This document shows positions 63,720 to 64,000 of a stretch of 64,000 nucleotides of DNA, piece by piece. The notes beneath the pieces are model-generated. The model was not told the DNA's origin and made no database searches. It saw only the letters and a program-made list of their open reading frames with translations. The stretch comes from a virus, in the IMG/VR virus record IMGVR_UViG_3300037805_000525, positions 32,001 through 96,000 of that record. One strand, given 5' to 3'. The translations under genes and the position numbers were made by a program. Position 1 is the stretch's first letter; the number at the start of each line of letters is the position of its first letter.

Positions 63720-63755
63720 AAAAAAATACCCGGGCGCCTCGTGGCAACCCGGGTA
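63720..63755 (-). terminator. terminator after capsid gene
   Basis: tacccggg...cccgggta followed by a T-run on the minus strand. Confidence 0.65.
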
Positions 63756-63804
63756 CTTAGCTAGCGACTCGCCATGGGCTAATCCTAGCAGGCGTGGGCC
63801 AAGA

Positions 63805-64000
63805 TCAGAAGTCGGTCACGGTGCCGACGGTGCCGCCCTTGCTGATCAGGTTGTTGAGCGCGCCGAACTCGCTCTCGGCCAACGGGGCGAACCGCGCCTG
63901 CATGGCGGTGTTCGCGCCGCCGGCGACTGTCTCAGCGCTGCCCGCGTAGAGCTCGAGCTTGCGCACGCCGGCGATGTTGCCGATGTACGTGGCGATGATC
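63805..64000 (-). CDS. major capsid protein, C-terminal fragment (runs off window)
   Basis: ..[16 protein letters not shown].. resembles an HK97-fold capsid end; upstream of neck genes; followed by terminator. Confidence 0.55.
   Translation of the reverse strand, partial: IIATYIGNIAGVRKLELYAGSAETVAGGANTAMQARFAPLAESEFGALNNLISKGGTVGTVTDF

Overview
A 64 kb internal segment of a GC-rich, large (probably jumbo) contractile-tailed phage genome, using the standard genetic code. The minus strand carries a long virion block read right to left: major capsid C-terminus, neck and tail-completion genes, a 1413 aa tail sheath, tail tube, holin, putative tail chaperones, tape measure, baseplate/hub proteins, Ig-like proteins and a sigma-70-family sigma factor. 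The plus strand carries small, apparently early genes (1-13.5 kb, with several paralog families), islands inserted in the structural block, and a ParB / Ycf46-like AAA / degenerate RecA / DUF2997 / radical SAM / DUF1257 cluster. The most striking features are non-coding or sub-genic. (1) Fourteen copies of a 17-bp palindrome WTATCACA-N-TGTGATAW recur about every 3-6 kb, four of them inside coding sequences. (2) Eleven copies of a promoter-like motif CAA(A)-N15-GGYATAAG lie ahead of plus-strand units. (3) One such unit (about 39.4-39.8 kb) looks like a highly structured ~430 nt ncRNA. (4) Several basic, Gly/Ala-rich proteins are punctuated by K-x-A motifs suggestive of protease-processed polyproteins. 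All product calls come from visual motif recognition and synteny, not database searches.
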